Shown in pieces: positions 62,485 to 64,000 of a DNA stretch of 64,000 bases. The notes under the pieces are model-generated. The model searched no databases. It worked only from the letters and a program-made list of their open reading frames with translations, and was not told where the DNA came from. How positions within the stretch are numbered: the stretch's first letter is position 1; every line of letters starts with the position of its first letter. The stretch covers positions 4,541 to 68,540 of the forward strand of contig DASZIP010000022.1 of assembly GCA_035948935.1 (NCBI GenBank). The letters are read 5' to 3'. Both the position numbers and the translations under genes were made by a program. This DNA is from Candidatus Methylacidiphilales bacterium. GTDB lineage: Bacteria > Verrucomicrobiota > Verrucomicrobiia > Methylacidiphilales > UBA1321.

Positions 62485-62941
62485 CTGTCGGAGGTCTCTG
62501 CGAAAGTGGCTTCATCGGCATCTTAGGCATTCCGGGGGAATGCAACAATCCTAGAGCATTTTAACTTATTGCGCATATGGTCGGAATTTGTGCACCGGAG
62601 AAATCGCTTCCTGTCGTCCCGCTTGGGCGGGACGACCCGGGCAACACAGGCACGCCTGTCGTTGCCGGGCCACCCGATGCAGTGTGTGCACAATATTTTG
62701 AAATGCTTTAGCCGGTGGTTGAGCCCCACCGTGGCGGGACGATACCACCGGACATCGATCTTCTCTTTGGTCTACCTCGGTTAGGGGTTGCACAGAGGGT
62801 GATACCCCTCCGGGGTAGGCGATATTAATGCCCTGTTCCGGTGGTGTTCGCCCGCGGCGGGCTCGACCACCGGCTAGGATTGTCGCAAGCCTCCGGCTTG
62901 CCAAAACCAGGCAGATCGACTTTCGCAGAGGTCTCTGTCGG
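62485..62941. repeat. Hairpin-dense non-coding block bounded by TTCGCAGAGGTCTC-type inverted repeats
   Basis: Bounds: 62485-62507 CTGTCGGAGGTCTCTGCGAAAGT and 62919-62941 ACTTTCGCAGAGGTCTCTGTCGG (18/23 as inverted repeat, by hand). A third copy lies at 24760-24782. Inside are GTCGTCCCGC-TTGG-GCGGGACGAC (62614-62637), the two-hairpin element copy 2, and two CCGGTGGT...ACCACCGG hairpins (62712-62752 and 62839-62876). Confidence 0.75.
62609..62673 (-). repeat. Two-hairpin extragenic element, copy 2
   Basis: The reverse complement reads GTGGCCCGGCAACGACAGGCGTGCCTGTGTTGCCCGGGT, then CGTCCCGCCCAAGCGGGACG, then ACAGGA. Hairpin 1 is 38/39 identical to copy 1. Hairpin 2 has a different sequence but still forms a hairpin. 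Confidence 0.8.
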
Positions 62942-63015
62942 GCCGCTATTTTTCTGCGATATCCTTTACAAAGCGGCTTGATTTCATCGGTGTGTGTGGG
63001 CATAGTTTCCGCGCC

Positions 63016-64000
63016 ATGCCTGCCGCCGACCCTGCCGTTAAAAACTTGAAAGCGAGTTCGTCGTCCCGTCTACCCGAATTGCAGCCCCGGCAGAAAATCG
63101 AGCTTTACCGCCAGATGCTCCTTATCCGCCGGTTCGAGGAGAAGGCGAAACAGGCCTTCACCCAGGCGAAAATCAAAGGCTTCTGCCACTTGTACAACGG
63201 CCAGGAGGCGGTCGCCGTGGGGACGATTTCGGCCCTCAACGACGATGACGCGGTGATCACCGCCTACCGCGACCACGGCCACGCGCTGACGCGGGGCGTC
63301 GATCCGAACGCCTGCATGGCGGAGCTTTTCGGCAAGATTACCGGCTGCTCGCGCGGGAAGGGCGGGTCGATGCATTTCTTTGACGCGAAGAAGCATTTCT
63401 ACGGCGGCCACGGCATCGTGGGGGGGCAGATTCCGCTCGGGACGGGGCTGGCCTTCGCGCAGAAATACCTCGGCACGAACCGGGTGACGCTCGCTTACAT
63501 GGGCGACGGCGCGATCAACCAGGGGGCGGTCCACGAGTCGATGAACCTGGCGGCGCTTTGGAAGCTTCCGATCATCTACATTATCGAGAACAACGAGTAC
63601 TCGATGGGCACCTCGATTTCCCGATCTTCCGCCGGCGACCCGCTCACCAAGCGGGCGGGGGCGTTCGACATGGCGGCGATCCAAGCGAACGGCATGGACA
63701 TCGACGACGTGCGCGCGAAGACGTTCGAGGCGGTTTCGCTGGCGCGGACCGAAAGCCAGCCGACGCTGATGGAAATCCGCACCTACCGTTACTTCGGCCA
63801 CTCGATGTCCGATCCGGGCCACTACCGCTCGAAGGAGGAGATCGAGGCGCGCAAGCAAAGCGACCCCATCGAGCTTTACAAGGCCCGCCTGCTCGAGCAG
63901 AAGGTCGCCACCGAGGAGAGCCTTAACGCGCTTGATGAGGAAGTCATGGCCCAGGCGCAGGCGGCCTACGATTTTGCGGAGCAGAGCCCCGAGCCCGAGC
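63016..64000 (+). CDS. pdhA: pyruvate dehydrogenase E1 component alpha subunit, partial (runs off the window)
   Basis: Hand translation from the ATG at 63016 gives MPAADPAVKNL...KIELYRQMLLIRRFEEKAKQAFTQAKIKGFCHLYNGQEAVAVG...YMGDGAINQG...ENNEYSMGT. It is absent from the track because no stop lies in the window. Confidence 0.9.
   Translation, partial: MPAADPAVKNLKASSSSRLPELQPRQKIELYRQMLLIRRFEEKAKQAFTQAKIKGFCHLYNGQEAVAVGTISALNDDDAVITAYRDHGHALTRGVDPNACMAELFGKITGCSRGKGGSMHFFDAKKHFYGGHGIVGGQIPLGTGLAFAQKYLGTNRVTLAYMGDGAINQGAVHESMNLAALWKLPIIYIIENNEYSMGTSISRSSAGDPLTKRAGAFDMAAIQANGMDIDDVRAKTFEAVSLARTESQPTLMEIRTYRYFGHSMSDPGHYRSKEEIEARKQSDPIELYKARLLEQKVATEESLNALDEEVMAQAQAAYDFAEQSPEPE

Noticed and set aside
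62485-62941. Possible RNase P RNA, tmRNA, SRP RNA, a cobalamin riboswitch or a group II intron in the hairpin-rich block upstream of pdhA.
   Set aside because: - I found no GGAAAGTCCGG or ACAGAACCCGGCTTA (RNase P).
- I found no tRNA-like GGGG...TCCACCA ends (tmRNA).
- I found no GGAAGCAGCC (SRP) and no B12-box or intron domain V consensus on either strand.
- A partial CCCGCCACGGTGG resembles a cobalamin element, but the surrounding conserved stems are missing.
- A cmscan is still needed.
62566-63003. A 145-aa minus-strand ORF in the same block.
   Set aside because: It is extremely Arg-rich and has no start context. It is composed of translated palindromic repeats that also occur non-coding at 27429-27496.

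Overview
High-GC bacterial chromosome segment. The gene content and repeat style look Verrucomicrobiota/Opitutales-like, but that is inference only. Everything below was read by eye, and no database search or calculation was run.

Core genes:
- A complex I operon on the minus strand, running from nuoB to a partial nuoH (1-10112).
- tetR-emrA-emrB, a pmbA/tldD pair, tadA, accA, a CPBP protease, comF, accD and a vapBC pair.
- ldhA, an ArnT-like glycosyltransferase, a PAS-PP2C phosphatase, a polysaccharide deacetylase, lptF/G, nadK and tlyA.
- gltB followed by an ACT-domain gene, a UDP-xylose synthase, leuD, cbpA, mtnP, a hybrid histidine kinase and a partial pdhA.

Accessory segments:
- Two visibly AT-richer segments each abut a tRNA.
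- tRNA-Thr (11419-11490) is followed by two AcvB/VirJ-like hydrolase paralogues and an MprF-like synthase.
- tRNA-Ala (51165-51237) bounds a class-3 lipase, a large orphan lipoprotein and a 1685-aa GH92-LamG-Ig protein.

Most unusual signal:
- Every intergenic junction of nuoB-H holds an extra small gene.
- Three of these are GxxExxY (PD-(D/E)XK-fold) paralogues.
- Several inserts sit inside inverted-repeat brackets built from short AT-rich words. The same bracket also occurs empty, as a near-perfect hairpin at 23171-23253.
- I read these as mobile or selfish cassettes targeting operon spacers.

Other repeats: the window also holds at least six further extragenic palindrome families. These include a GIY-YIG remnant nested in two inverted-repeat layers, and elements that begin on the base right after a stop codon.

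Not found: rRNA genes, CRISPR arrays, integrases or transposases.
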